Source of the DNA: a virus
Lineage: Duplodnaviria > Caudoviricetes
IMG/VR virus record: IMGVR_UViG_3300025671_000076
Coordinates: 1 to 57,375 of that record
DNA: 57,375 nucleotides
Direction: 5' to 3' (one strand)
The notes under the pieces are model-generated. The model ran no database searches. It had not been told where the DNA came from and was given only the letters and a program-made list of their open reading frames with translations. Of this stretch, positions 37,263 to 46,239 are shown piece after piece. Both the position numbers and the translations under genes were made by a program. Each line of letters starts with the position of its first letter. Position 1 is the stretch's first letter.

Positions 37263-38417
37263 TCATGCAGCTAAATCAACCTCTGTCCATACATTACTTA
37301 CGCCAGGATCAATCTCTTGCCATGCTGTGATATTAGTACTTCCTATTGAACTAGTCAATTCTATGCCTGTAACATCAACATCTGCGTTAGCAACAATACC
37401 TTCTTCACCTAAGAATAAGGTCATTTCAATGCCTGTTACGTCATATATAGTGTTTTGCTCTACCTGTCCTATAGAGCTTGTTAATTCAATACCTGTTATT
37501 GTTACATTCGCGTCTGCAGTAACTGTCTCTTCTCCAATAGAGCTTGTTAATTCAATACCTGTAACAGACACATTTCCATCAGCTACAACTGTTTCATTTC
37601 CAATAGAACTTGTAAGCTCTTGTCCTGTTATATCTACATTTGCAGTACCTGTGACTGTTTCATCACCAATGGATGAAGTAAGCTCTAATCCAGTAACGGA
37701 TACTGTAACTCCTATATCAAATGTTACTTGTCCAATTTCTGTATCTAAATTATCATCAATAACATTTACAGTTACATTACCCCCTGCCTCAATATCTACA
37801 GGTCTAATAGAGATAGTCATTTCACTACCAACAACAGATAGTGCTTGTACCTCTCCTACAGATAAGGTTGCTTGTATTCCTGTAACGTCAATATTGGCAT
37901 CTCCAGTCATTGTGATTTGACCTGGAGTAGCTGTTAACTCTTGTCCAGTTGGACTTGCGCTAGCACCTGCCGTAATTTCAGCAACTGCACCTACAGATAT
38001 TGTAGCTGACACGGATCCTGTTTGAGCAGAATAAGCATCTCCCCATACCATTGATCCCCAAGAATCTCTTCCCCATCCTGCACCAATTAAAAACTGATCA
38101 TCAATAGTGACAGCACCTGGTGTTGTAGTTAATTGTGAGCCAGTTACATCTTGTTGAATACCTCTTGCAATATCTTCCTCTCCCATAGAAAGATTTGCTT
38201 GAATACCTGTAACTGATACATCTGCTGACGCACCTGAAACAGCTCCTGCATTAGTAAATGTGAGTTGTGATCCTGTTACATCAACATTTGCGTTAGCTTG
38301 AGTTGTTGATTGCTCTGTAGATGTGGTTAATGATACGCCACTGACTGAGACGGTTTCGTCAGATAGGTCTCCCCAATCTGATGCTCCCCATGTTTTATTA
38401 CCCCATCCAGTGGCCAT
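37263..38417 (-). CDS. Repetitive acidic beta-strand virion protein
   Basis: GWG-x3-WG-x3-WG motifs and about 21-aa tandem repeats (V-x-VTG-x-ELTSSIG-x-ETV-x-A). Confidence 0.75.
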   Translation of the reverse strand: MATGWGNKTWGASDWGDLSDETVSVSGVSLTTSTEQSTTQANANVDVTGSQLTFTNAGAVSGASADVSVTGIQANLSMGEEDIARGIQQDVTGSQLTTTPGAVTIDDQFLIGAGWGRDSWGSMVWGDAYSAQTGSVSATISVGAVAEITAGASASPTGQELTATPGQITMTGDANIDVTGIQATLSVGEVQALSVVGSEMTISIRPVDIEAGGNVTVNVIDDNLDTEIGQVTFDIGVTVSVTGLELTSSIGDETVTGTANVDITGQELTSSIGNETVVADGNVSVTGIELTSSIGEETVTADANVTITGIELTSSIGQVEQNTIYDVTGIEMTLFLGEEGIVANADVDVTGIELTSSIGSTNITAWQEIDPGVSNVWTEVDLAA

Positions 38418-38436
38418 ATCATTTTATTTCCTTTAA

Positions 38437-38883
38437 TTAAGCAATTCTTAAAATCGCAGCAGAAGTTGTGAATGCAGGGAACTGGATTGTAAATGTTCCA
38501 GATGTTGCAGTCTTGTCTCCACCGAAATCTAATACAGCAACCGCTTCAGTAGTACCTGTACCACCGTCAGTAGTTGTATTGTAAATTAAAGCACCTCTTG
38601 CTGTTAGTGTAACACCAGTAAAAGATAAGTTAGCGAAGCTAGTAATAGCGACACCAGATGATACCTTAACACCTTGGTTAACTAAAGCTTTACCACCTGC
38701 AGTGTAACCTGCCGGTGAAGATACTTCAGAAGTTGATGAATAGTTAGTAGTTGATGCACCGATAGCTGCAGCAGAAGTATACATTGCTAAATTAAATGTA
38801 TCTCCACCACTATCGAAATCATGCTCACCACCCATCAATTGTTTTTTGAATGAATTGCAAATTGCATTAGTTGTAATAGCCAT
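38437..38883 (-). CDS. Conserved tail/virion protein
   Basis: AICNSFK...H-x-F...ARGALIYN...VLDFGGDKT...FTIQFP. Confidence 0.8.
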   Translation of the reverse strand: MAITTNAICNSFKKQLMGGEHDFDSGGDTFNLAMYTSAAAIGASTTNYSSTSEVSSPAGYTAGGKALVNQGVKVSSGVAITSFANLSFTGVTLTARGALIYNTTTDGGTGTTEAVAVLDFGGDKTATSGTFTIQFPAFTTSAAILRIA

Positions 38884-38901
38884 AATTATTCTCCTTTAAT
38901 T

Positions 38902-39552
38902 TTATGGTGATGGTGATGGAACCTTTATTCTAGGCACACCACTATCATATTCTCCTCGTCTTCTTCTACCCATTTGTTGTAGAGCAAAAGCTTGTACTTC
39001 TTCATCATACTTGCTTTTATAAAGTGTGTAAAGATCTTGAGGACCTTTAAGATAAGAAAAAGCTTCAGTTAAGACACCATGTAATAACATTGTCTCTTGA
39101 TAAGTTGACAAATATGTATTTGTTGAACTATCGAAATGTGGTGGATCTTTAATGAAGTTGATTTGAATAGTGTAAGCTGAATCTGGTGTAGGTGCTACTA
39201 ATATATTAAAATCATCCCAATTAGCATAAAACTTAGGCTCACCTGTAGTGCCTCCACTGTTATATTCAGATATAAAACTTGTATCTCTTCGTTCTAAAAA
39301 AGTTCTATCAGAACCATTTATCATTTGTACTGATCTAATAATCATACAATCAGCAGGTAAACTGACATATCTATTTCCAGATGTAAAAGTAGATGTAGAA
39401 TATTTTCTTAAATCATCATAGTCTACTTGACCTGCTACATTAAGTTCTGTAGCTCTAATAAATTTATCAATAATAGAATCAGTTAATACATTAGAATCTA
39501 CTTCTGTATAATCTCTAACCTGTGTTAAAAAATCTGCATGTGTAATAGCCAT
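38902..39552 (-). CDS. Tail adaptor protein
   Basis: DYTE...P-x-x-YA-x-W...APTPD...YLKGP...RRR-x-EY-x-x-G. Confidence 0.75.
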   Translation of the reverse strand: MAITHADFLTQVRDYTEVDSNVLTDSIIDKFIRATELNVAGQVDYDDLRKYSTSTFTSGNRYVSLPADCMIIRSVQMINGSDRTFLERRDTSFISEYNSGGTTGEPKFYANWDDFNILVAPTPDSAYTIQINFIKDPPHFDSSTNTYLSTYQETMLLHGVLTEAFSYLKGPQDLYTLYKSKYDEEVQAFALQQMGRRRRGEYDSGVPRIKVPSPSP

Positions 39553-39911
39553 TATGATATCTCCACTGTTGTTTTACCAACTATTGAAATAAGTTGTCTT
39601 TTTCTATTTTGTTCTGCACCATTATCAGGCTGCATTCCAGAAGAATCAAAAGCAAATTCTCCAGGTAAGGATAAATCAGTTGTAGTAAATCTAGATCCTC
39701 CAGAGTTAAAAGTAAAATCTTGAGGTCTTGCATTTCTTAATGCAATCGCATCTGCCTTAACTGTTTTTCTTCTTATTTGTGGATGTTTAGGCTCAAATTC
39801 AGATATATGTACTAATGCACCTGTCCATTCTCTAACCATTTCTTGATATGGAAAAGCCATTCCAGAACGATCAGATATTGCATGTGATTTTTTACCTGTT
39901 GCGTATGCCAT
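39552..39911 (-). CDS. Conserved virion-associated hypothetical protein
   Basis: YATGK...ISDRSG-x-x-FPY-x-EM-x-x-EW-x-G-x-x-VH-x-x-E-x-E-x-KHPQ. Confidence 0.75.
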   Translation of the reverse strand: MAYATGKKSHAISDRSGMAFPYQEMVREWTGALVHISEFEPKHPQIRRKTVKADAIALRNARPQDFTFNSGGSRFTTTDLSLPGEFAFDSSGMQPDNGAEQNRKRQLISIVGKTTVEIS

Positions 39912-40600
39912 TATACTCCATCTCCAAAGTAAGTTTGTGGTGAAATATATAAAGAAGTTCTAGAACCATCTTCATCTAAAGCTCTTTTCATTTCATCTTC
40001 ATAAGCTAATTTTAACATTTGTGTTCTATCTGCAGCTTTTAAAAACGATAGATAATAAGCTAGACCTGCTACCATACAAGGTAAAAATCTATAAGGTGCA
40101 TCAGGAGTATTTGTATATCCTCCAGCATCTTCAATTCTAGCAATATAATAATATTTTAAATAAGTGTAAGTAGATGCATCAGGTGTTTGATACAAATATA
40201 TTTGTGGATTAATTTGTCTATCTACATAATACTGTGACGGTTGTCCTGTGGCACCTTTATTTGGTAAAGCTGCATAGTTAGATCTATCTGTTTTAGTTAA
40301 AGATACATCCGTTATCGACGGCCCCGTGCCAGCTCCTGTAGATATGTAAGCTTCTAATACATCACTACAATCACTTGGAGTTGCGTATTGTTCTGTTCCT
40401 GATGTTAATACTTGTTCATAATTTTTTACCTTCCATAAATGTAATCCTCTGTTACCCCATTCAGATAACAATAAATTTAAATTTCTTCTAGCTCTTTTTA
40501 AATCATAACCTGAGTCTGTAGATAAACCACATCTTTCATATGCTTCATCTATAATTTCATCTATATTTAAATTAAATGATGTAGTTCCTGAGCTAGCCAT
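39911..40600 (-). CDS. Head-tail adaptor / tail tubular protein A-like
   Basis: SGT-x-x-F-x-L...EAYERCG...W-x-NRG-x-x-LW...RFLPC-x-x-AGLAYY. Confidence 0.8.
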   Translation of the reverse strand: MASSGTTSFNLNIDEIIDEAYERCGLSTDSGYDLKRARRNLNLLLSEWGNRGLHLWKVKNYEQVLTSGTEQYATPSDCSDVLEAYISTGAGTGPSITDVSLTKTDRSNYAALPNKGATGQPSQYYVDRQINPQIYLYQTPDASTYTYLKYYYIARIEDAGGYTNTPDAPYRFLPCMVAGLAYYLSFLKAADRTQMLKLAYEDEMKRALDEDGSRTSLYISPQTYFGDGV

Positions 40601-40824
40601 TATAACATTCCTTTATAATAATCTTTCATGTTTATAAAACCACCTGTAGAGTTTTTAGAAATACCTCCACCAGCTGTGCTTTTAGTTTGTTGTTGCATTT
40701 GTCTTAATCCTTCACTAACAGCAGATTCTAAAGACATATCAATTCTTAAATCGCTAACTAATGAATTAAACTTCTTTTTATTAGCTGGACTTGCATTCTT
40801 GTAATATTTAGCTGCGTAATCCAT
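40600..40824 (-). CDS. Small basic putative core protein
   Basis: NSTGGF and terminal DYYKGML. Confidence 0.7.
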   Translation of the reverse strand: MDYAAKYYKNASPANKKKFNSLVSDLRIDMSLESAVSEGLRQMQQQTKSTAGGGISKNSTGGFINMKDYYKGML

Positions 40825-41051
40825 TATAAAATATCTTTATAATAATCCTCGTAAGATTTATTAGAAACCATTTGTTCTCCAACTTCTGATTTAATATGAG
40901 AACCAATGTATTCACCCATTTTAGGAGATCCTGAACTTCTTTTTTTCATTGGAACACAGTTAGGTACTTTTTTACCATTCTTCATCTTAGTTCCAACCAT
41001 TTCATAACCTTCCCAACAAGGACCTTTTCCTTTTTTCATTTTTTTTGCCAT
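40824..41051 (-). CDS. Small basic protein with CW-x-GY...K-x-VPNCVP motif
   Basis: Motif seen directly; terminal DYYKDIL; GGAGG SD. Confidence 0.75.
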   Translation of the reverse strand: MAKKMKKGKGPCWEGYEMVGTKMKNGKKVPNCVPMKKRSSGSPKMGEYIGSHIKSEVGEQMVSNKSYEDYYKDIL

Positions 41052-41230
41052 TATTCCTCCATTTTAGCGGCCGCATTGTAAGTTTTATACTTATCCTTTT
41101 TGCGGTTGTACAACTTCTTTGATTGTACCACTTTTGGCTTAAACAGTAAATGTCCTTGAAAGAGCGTTTTTGCGATTAGGTTTCTTAGCTTGAAGCTTCT
41201 TCTTTTTATCTTTTTCTTTTTTTTCGCCAC
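41051..41230 (-). CDS. 59-aa basic protein (GTG start; ...NLIAK...FKPKVVQSKKLYNRKK...)
   Basis: Manual translation; TAATG coupling to the next gene. Confidence 0.55.
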   Translation of the reverse strand: MAKKKKKIKRRSFKLRNLIAKTLFQGHLLFKPKVVQSKKLYNRKKDKYKTYNAAAKMEE

Positions 41231-41279
41231 TTAATTGACCTTCTACTTGTTTTGTTATTTGTGATCTTCCTATTGGCAT
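41139..41279 (-). CDS. 46-aa basic protein (MPIGRSQITKQVEGQL...)
   Basis: Manual translation; ATG just below GGTAAAAT. Confidence 0.55.
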   Translation of the reverse strand: MPIGRSQITKQVEGQLSGEKKEKDKKKKLQAKKPNRKNALSRTFTV

Positions 41280-41326
41280 ATAATATTTTACCTTTTTTTG
41301 TTTAATTAATCTAGACTTAAATCTCC

Positions 41327-41923
41327 TTATTCTAAAATTAATGTTTGGTTTTTATTTGAGGTTATTTCTTTTTTTACTGAGGAAACATTCAAATTCCAAG
41401 ATATTATAATTTTTGTTTCTTCTTTTTGTAAAGCTGGTGCTCTGTGAATTAAATGTGAAGGAAAAAATATAATATCACCTTCTTTTACTTTTATTCTAAA
41501 AGATACATCAAAATTGTTTGGACTTAAAAACTCAGTATAGTTACTTATGTCATCTTCAGGTAATTTTAAATAATAAACTCCTGAAAAATTATCATGATGT
41601 ATGTGCCAGTTATGTGTATTATTTTTTTTATATACTTGATACCAAATTTTATTGATTATAATATCAGTGTAACCTAAAGAATCAGAAAATTTACTTAATT
41701 GGCTATACAAATCATTAATTAAATATTTTATCCAAGGTCTTTCTGTATTATCTGCCAAAGGCCAATCTAATTTAAAAATTTTGTCATTAAAATTACCTTT
41801 ATTATTATGCCAACCTTTATCCTTAGAGTTTAAAATTAAATCTGTTAAATGTGTCTTTAATTTTGAATGACTATTAAATTGATCTTTTAGAATAAAATTA
41901 ATTATTTCAAATTTTTTAATCAT
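41327..41923 (-). CDS. 2OG-Fe(II) oxygenase
   Basis: WYQ-x-Y...H-x-WH-x-H...FSGVYY...EGD-x-x-x-FPS-x-x-x-H...K-x-IIS-x-N. Confidence 0.85.
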   Translation of the reverse strand: MIKKFEIINFILKDQFNSHSKLKTHLTDLILNSKDKGWHNNKGNFNDKIFKLDWPLADNTERPWIKYLINDLYSQLSKFSDSLGYTDIIINKIWYQVYKKNNTHNWHIHHDNFSGVYYLKLPEDDISNYTEFLSPNNFDVSFRIKVKEGDIIFFPSHLIHRAPALQKEETKIIISWNLNVSSVKKEITSNKNQTLILE

Positions 41924-41925
41924 TA

Positions 41926-42405
41926 TTATAAAACCAAATCTTTAGCTTTTCCTATTATTGGTTTATATTTTGTTTTACCTTCTGATTTATAGGCTAACAT
42001 AAATTGTTCTCTTCTATTTTCGGGTACCCAACTGCAATGAATCCATCCTGAGTTTGGCTCACCAGGAGTATAATACTCCAAAATCAATTGATCTGTTTCA
42101 AGATTTTTTTTAATCCAATCTGCAACTTCTGCATTATCTACACCTACGCATTCGAAATCTGCGGCTTCAGCTTTAGCATGCTGTGAGTTAGCTGAACTAC
42201 CTATAGCAAGACATAATTCAACACTACGAAATCCGCTAGTCACTTTAACTCTACCGAAGTGGTCTCGAACGGGTTGAAGAATATTTTCGCACAACGCTTT
42301 TAGTTTTTCTATTTGACCTGCATTAGGATTATTATTAATTCCTTTTCTGACAGCAGTATCAGATTTGATGAGTTCTAAAAGAGTAAAATTTCTACTAAGA
42401 TTCAT
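41926..42405 (-). CDS. Endolysin, peptidase M15 family
   Basis: LSRNFTL-x-E...SGFRS...SQH-x-x-x-EAAD...WIH-x-S. Confidence 0.9.
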   Translation of the reverse strand: MNLSRNFTLLELIKSDTAVRKGINNNPNAGQIEKLKALCENILQPVRDHFGRVKVTSGFRSVELCLAIGSSANSQHAKAEAADFECVGVDNAEVADWIKKNLETDQLILEYYTPGEPNSGWIHCSWVPENRREQFMLAYKSEGKTKYKPIIGKAKDLVL

Positions 42406-42426
42406 TTTTTTTTATTTAATATTTTA

Positions 42427-43053
42427 CTATAAAGGTTGTATTTCACAATAGCTATCTGCCGTAGGTCTTCCTATTTTTCCAACAGGTATAAAATTAAATG
42501 CCAATGATATTCTTTCTTCATGAGACTTATTTATATTTATCTTATGAAAAACTTCTGAAGGAAATATTACTATGTCTCCAGGCAACGTATCAATTAAAAA
42601 TTCGCAGTTGTTTAACATATTGTACTTTTTAGGAATTAATAAAAATCTTTTAGTTTCATAATTTACAAAAGTTATTTTTGCTTTTTCTTTTGGTGTTTTT
42701 AAATATAAAACTCCACTGTACATACAATTATTATGATTATGATAATTTGCTCTCTGGTTATTAAGTGTTTTAGTTAACCACGATGTTGTTATTTTAAATT
42801 CTTGATCCCATTCTAATATATTAGAAACATAATTATTAAAATGTTCCTCAACATGTTTTCTTATTTCTTCATACGGTTTTTTATCTAAAATTTTTTTATC
42901 TAAAGACGAGTACGAAAATTGTTCGTTTGAATCAACCTCTATATATTTCCATTTAATTTTCTCTAATTCAGGATATATTTTACTAATTTCATAATCTATA
43001 CTATTTAAATAGATAGGCTTAGAAAAAATTGGAAATACTTTTGCATCTTTCAT
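42427..43053 (-). CDS. 2OG-Fe(II) oxygenase (TIGR02466-like)
   Basis: TSW-x-T...H-x-H-x-N-x-x-x-SGV-x-Y...FPS-x-x-x-H...RISLAFN. Confidence 0.88.
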   Translation of the reverse strand: MKDAKVFPIFSKPIYLNSIDYEISKIYPELEKIKWKYIEVDSNEQFSYSSLDKKILDKKPYEEIRKHVEEHFNNYVSNILEWDQEFKITTSWLTKTLNNQRANYHNHNNCMYSGVLYLKTPKEKAKITFVNYETKRFLLIPKKYNMLNNCEFLIDTLPGDIVIFPSEVFHKININKSHEERISLAFNFIPVGKIGRPTADSYCEIQPL

Positions 43054-43277
43054 TATTTTGGTTTTATAATTCTTTTTATACTTATACTGCCATCTATATT
43101 TTTTTCAAGCTCTGCATCTACAGTCCCGCACATGTACTGAATATTAACATTTACATCACGTTCCGCCAGGCGTTTTCCCTTCAAACAATCTGACATAGAT
43201 TCTTTTATTCTATGTTCTTTAAGCTCTCCTGCTATAAACATACAAAGAGCAACAACACTACTAATGACCGTTTCCAT
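43053..43277 (-). CDS. Small Cys-containing protein, possible outer spanin component
   Basis: Hydrophobic N-terminus with Cys; lies between a TM/coiled-coil gene and the endolysin. Confidence 0.55.
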   Translation of the reverse strand: METVISSVVALCMFIAGELKEHRIKESMSDCLKGKRLAERDVNVNIQYMCGTVDAELEKNIDGSISIKRIIKPK

Positions 43278-43680
43278 TAGCAAACTCCCGTTGTTTGTCT
43301 TTTAATTTTTCTATATCTTTTTGAGCTTTATCTAATTGTTTCATTAAGAATTCTATATTAACTTTATTAGTCATATTCATCTCTTGAGTCTGTTGCATTT
43401 TTTCTACTTGTTTATATAGATCTTCGATAAGCATGAACTGCTCAGAATCAGCGGGCAACGAACCCATTAAACCTCTTGGCCATTTTATTCTAAACTCTGT
43501 GTTATCTTCAACATCTGCTTCCATTAATTGTAATCGAGTATGATGTTGGTTTTGTGTTTCAATCAAACCAAAATAAGCCCAGGTGCCGATTGCGACAAGA
43601 CCGATCAAACTGGCAACCGTCTTCATAGGCATCTGCACGGAAGCCTCCTCAGAGATAGTGAGTGGTTTCTTTATTGACAT
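43261..43680 (-). CDS. TM + coiled-coil protein, possible inner spanin (Rz-like)
   Basis: One N-terminal TM segment, then coiled coil; lysis context. Confidence 0.6.
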   Translation of the reverse strand: MSIKKPLTISEEASVQMPMKTVASLIGLVAIGTWAYFGLIETQNQHHTRLQLMEADVEDNTEFRIKWPRGLMGSLPADSEQFMLIEDLYKQVEKMQQTQEMNMTNKVNIEFLMKQLDKAQKDIEKLKDKQREFANGNGH

Positions 43681-43805
43681 GAAAGGCACTCATCTGAACC
43701 AGAATCTAATTCAGCTAAGGCCTCCTCTTTACAATCCTGACTACAAAATTGATCTAATTCATCTTTTGGTTGAAACTCTTTTTCACACTGTTTACAATTT
43801 TTCAT
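43671..43805 (-). CDS. 44-aa Cys-rich acidic protein (CKQC...FCSQDC...DECLSCQ)
   Basis: Manual translation; overlaps both neighbours. Confidence 0.65.
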   Translation of the reverse strand: MKNCKQCEKEFQPKDELDQFCSQDCKEEALAELDSGSDECLSCQ

Positions 43806-43862
43806 TATCAAAATCCTTAAATAACCACTCGACGTATTTTTTCCATAACTTTTTTAGATATT

Positions 43863-44003
43863 TCATTTTCTACCTCTTTTTTTTCTTAGAAGTTTTATTC
43901 TAAAGTGCCATAACCAAGATGTAAACTTGACAGTATAAGTTTCTATAAAAGAAAAAAACTTATCAATACTAGCAAAAAAAGTATACAACCATTTATCTAT
44001 CAT
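43863..44003 (-). CDS. 46-aa amphipathic peptide (MIDKWLYTFFASIDKFF...)
   Basis: Manual translation; ATGA coupling at both ends. Confidence 0.55.
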   Translation of the reverse strand: MIDKWLYTFFASIDKFFSFIETYTVKFTSWLWHFRIKLLRKKRGRK

Positions 44004-44167
44004 GTGCTTGCAACTTTACCTTTATTTACACCTTCTTTAATTACATACTTTTGTGTTCCGTTTGCACCTGTCTCAACTTCTTTTTTTAAATTTTTGAATA
44101 ATATTTTTTCTTTTTCTGTTTTATCTTTTTGTTTTAAAAAAGATTCAATTGTTTTACTATCTCTCAT
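44000..44167 (-). CDS. 55-aa basic protein (MRDSK...KKEVETGANGTQ-x-Y-x-IK-x-G-x-NKGK)
   Basis: Manual translation; GAGGAG SD. Confidence 0.7.
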   Translation of the reverse strand: MRDSKTIESFLKQKDKTEKEKILFKNLKKEVETGANGTQKYVIKEGVNKGKVAST

Positions 44168-44169
44168 AA

Positions 44170-44817
44170 CTACTCCTCTATTTTTTCTTCCATTTGGTAG
44201 AACATTTTATCACTATCTTCTGTAACCATGCTAGTATCTTCTGCATCCCAGTATGTAGTTTGTACTTTATAGTCAGGCCAGCTGTTATCAGTAGTGTAGC
44301 TATTAACATGCCACAGAATGCGATTGTTAGGCTGAGCAGCAAAATTGCCGTTAGTAAGTTCCAATATATGTGCACACTTATGTTCTTGAGGAATTTCAGA
44401 ATGTTCGGTATCCAAAATATTAGTCTCTGGATGAGCCCAATCAACTGTGAATAAATATTTGCCATGATAAAATTTTTTATCTAGTCCTAAATATTTACCG
44501 TTTATACCATCCAACCAATCAAAGCAATGCACGCTAGGCCAATAACTAAAACAATTCCACAATTCCAATTCGTGCGTCTGCATATCCGGCACATCGGCTC
44601 GGTCATACGATTTTTGGAAAAACGCTGAGATAGGCAAACGCCAATAGCACGCACCATTAGGAAGCATGATGTTAAATAAAATTGCAAGCCCTGATATTGA
44701 TGTGAGACCAAAGATAACACAGTCTTCGCTTTCTCCATGATGTTCTTTAAGGTCATAAAGATACTCCTTTCTGATCTTACAATAGATCGGTGGTATGTTT
44801 GCATTGAGATAGGCCAT
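44170..44817 (-). CDS. Conserved phage hypothetical protein (MAYLNANIPP family)
   Basis: RLPISAF, LWNCFSY, YLFT-x-DW, EHKCAH, AQPNNR. Confidence 0.85.
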   Translation of the reverse strand: MAYLNANIPPIYCKIRKEYLYDLKEHHGESEDCVIFGLTSISGLAILFNIMLPNGACYWRLPISAFFQKSYDRADVPDMQTHELELWNCFSYWPSVHCFDWLDGINGKYLGLDKKFYHGKYLFTVDWAHPETNILDTEHSEIPQEHKCAHILELTNGNFAAQPNNRILWHVNSYTTDNSWPDYKVQTTYWDAEDTSMVTEDSDKMFYQMEEKIEE

Positions 44818-45138
44818 TTAACATTTCCACCTTCTCCTTGCAGCGCAAATTCTTTTATCTGGAGTTTTGCTACAATTTACATTATGCATTCTCATTTGTC
44901 CTGCAGATCTTGCACAATAAGATTTTCTTCTTTTTGCTGCTTTACTTCCTTTTTTAACTTTACCTGTTACTGCTGTTTTAAGTTTAGATCCAGGATTCAT
45001 TCTTCGATAAGCTGCCACACCTGCACGAGTCATTCCCGCTCCACTTTTAGTAGAACGATAATTTTTTTTATTTCGCGCAGGCATACCACCTTTTGCAAAG
45101 CTGTCTATTTCTAAACCTAGATCAGCATAGTAATCCAT
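44818..45138 (-). CDS. Small basic putative core protein (RKSYCARS...ARRRWKC)
   Basis: FAKGG then G-x-T-x-AG...NPGSKLK...RRKSYCAR...RRWKC. Confidence 0.8.
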   Translation of the reverse strand: MDYYADLGLEIDSFAKGGMPARNKKNYRSTKSGAGMTRAGVAAYRRMNPGSKLKTAVTGKVKKGSKAAKRRKSYCARSAGQMRMHNVNCSKTPDKRICAARRRWKC

Positions 45139-45143
45139 AATAA

Positions 45144-45473
45144 CTATCCGTTTTGACCAGTAAGATTAGGTCCTGAATATTTATCTGTTAATAAAGTATA
45201 AGCAGTAATATTTTGTTTTGTTTTACAATAAATACCTTGAGGAAATAAAATACCATCCTCTGGAAATGAAAAATTAACTACATCTCCACTAGGCACATCA
45301 CCAACAAACAAAGTATCACCAGCATTAGAGGTTGTCGTTAATTCTAACAAACCATCCCCACCACCGCTAGAGGCAATTATAATTCCTTTTAATCTAATTG
45401 GATTAGGAATTATAGCTGTAGCTCCTGCAGCTGCTGCAGATCTAGTCGCTTGTATATCACTTTTAGCTGCCAT
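45144..45473 (-). CDS. Small beta-sandwich virion (head) protein
   Basis: R-x-KG...P-x-DGILF-x-x-G pattern; AAGGAG SD. Confidence 0.7.
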   Translation of the reverse strand: MAAKSDIQATRSAAAAGATAIIPNPIRLKGIIIASSGGGDGLLELTTTSNAGDTLFVGDVPSGDVVNFSFPEDGILFPQGIYCKTKQNITAYTLLTDKYSGPNLTGQNG

Positions 45474-45488
45474 GTGTTCTCCTTAGTT

Positions 45489-45508
45489 GTGGCTCCCGAA
45501 GGAGCCAC
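45489..45508 (-). promoter_or_regulatory. C(UUCG)G tetraloop hairpin directly upstream of an SD
   Basis: GUGGCUCC-UUCG-GGAGCCAC, no U-tract, 4 nt before AAGGAG. Confidence 0.65.
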
Positions 45509-45524
45509 GATTAATTATTGATTA

Positions 45525-46139
45525 CTACGCAGAATAACCGTAAACTTCAAGTAAGAATTTACCTGCAGTATATGTTCCTGTAGTACTTCCTGCTTGAACG
45601 AAATATAAATATTTACCAACAGTTGGTAAAGTAATTATGTCGATGTCCCCTGCAGCTACACCACCAGAATTTAATAAAGATGATGCAGTTAAAGTACTGA
45701 TTGCAGTTGAGTAAACACCTGTTGCTTCATCTGCTTGATAAATATCAATATCAGTATCTCCTGTTGCTGGAGTTTCTAAAGTTAATAGCCTTGCAGAAAA
45801 CAAAGTTCCGTTGTTTGCCGCTGTAAGTGCAGCAAAATAAGCTGGACTTGAGTTATCGACTCCGATAATATCATTTGTAGTTCCAGATGAAGTTATACCT
45901 GTTAAATCAATCATAATAGTTGTTTTAATAATTGATCCAACTTTTTCTAATGAAGTTGCATAAACTCCAGTTGCAGATATACCTGCTCCTGCTGTAGCAT
46001 TTGTGTTAGCAGTTGCTGAAACAAATCCTGTAGAATCTACAGAAAAGTTAGTTGTAAGGGCACCAGTAGATGAGTTTTTAGTTACTCCTAAAAAACCATT
46101 TTCCGATCGGACTGGTCCTGTAAATGTAGTGTTTGCCAT
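45525..46139 (-). CDS. Head decoration / head-fibre protein
   Basis: MANTTFTGPVRSENGF N-terminus; Thr/Ala-rich; follows the capsid gene. Confidence 0.75.
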   Translation of the reverse strand: MANTTFTGPVRSENGFLGVTKNSSTGALTTNFSVDSTGFVSATANTNATAGAGISATGVYATSLEKVGSIIKTTIMIDLTGITSSGTTNDIIGVDNSSPAYFAALTAANNGTLFSARLLTLETPATGDTDIDIYQADEATGVYSTAISTLTASSLLNSGGVAAGDIDIITLPTVGKYLYFVQAGSTTGTYTAGKFLLEVYGYSA

Positions 46140-46146
46140 AATAGTC

Positions 46147-46223
46147 TCCTTTGTATAGCGTTCGTTATGTAGTCTCTATACCGTCTGCCTAGTCAGTCTA
46201 CACAACAAATTAATTGTTCTAGG
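46147..46223 (-). ncRNA. Pseudoknotted RNA downstream of the capsid gene, probably the Mu-gpT-DE motif
   Basis: 10-bp stem 46198-46207/46163-46172; CCUAG/CUAGG and GUAUAG/CUAUAC cross-pairings; located just after a gpT-like capsid gene. Confidence 0.6.
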
Positions 46224-46239
46224 TGTTTTAATTATACAT

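Noticed and set aside
46147-46223. Hammerhead ribozyme in the capsid downstream element
   Set aside because: CUGACUA does not match CUGANGA and no GAAA core is correctly placed
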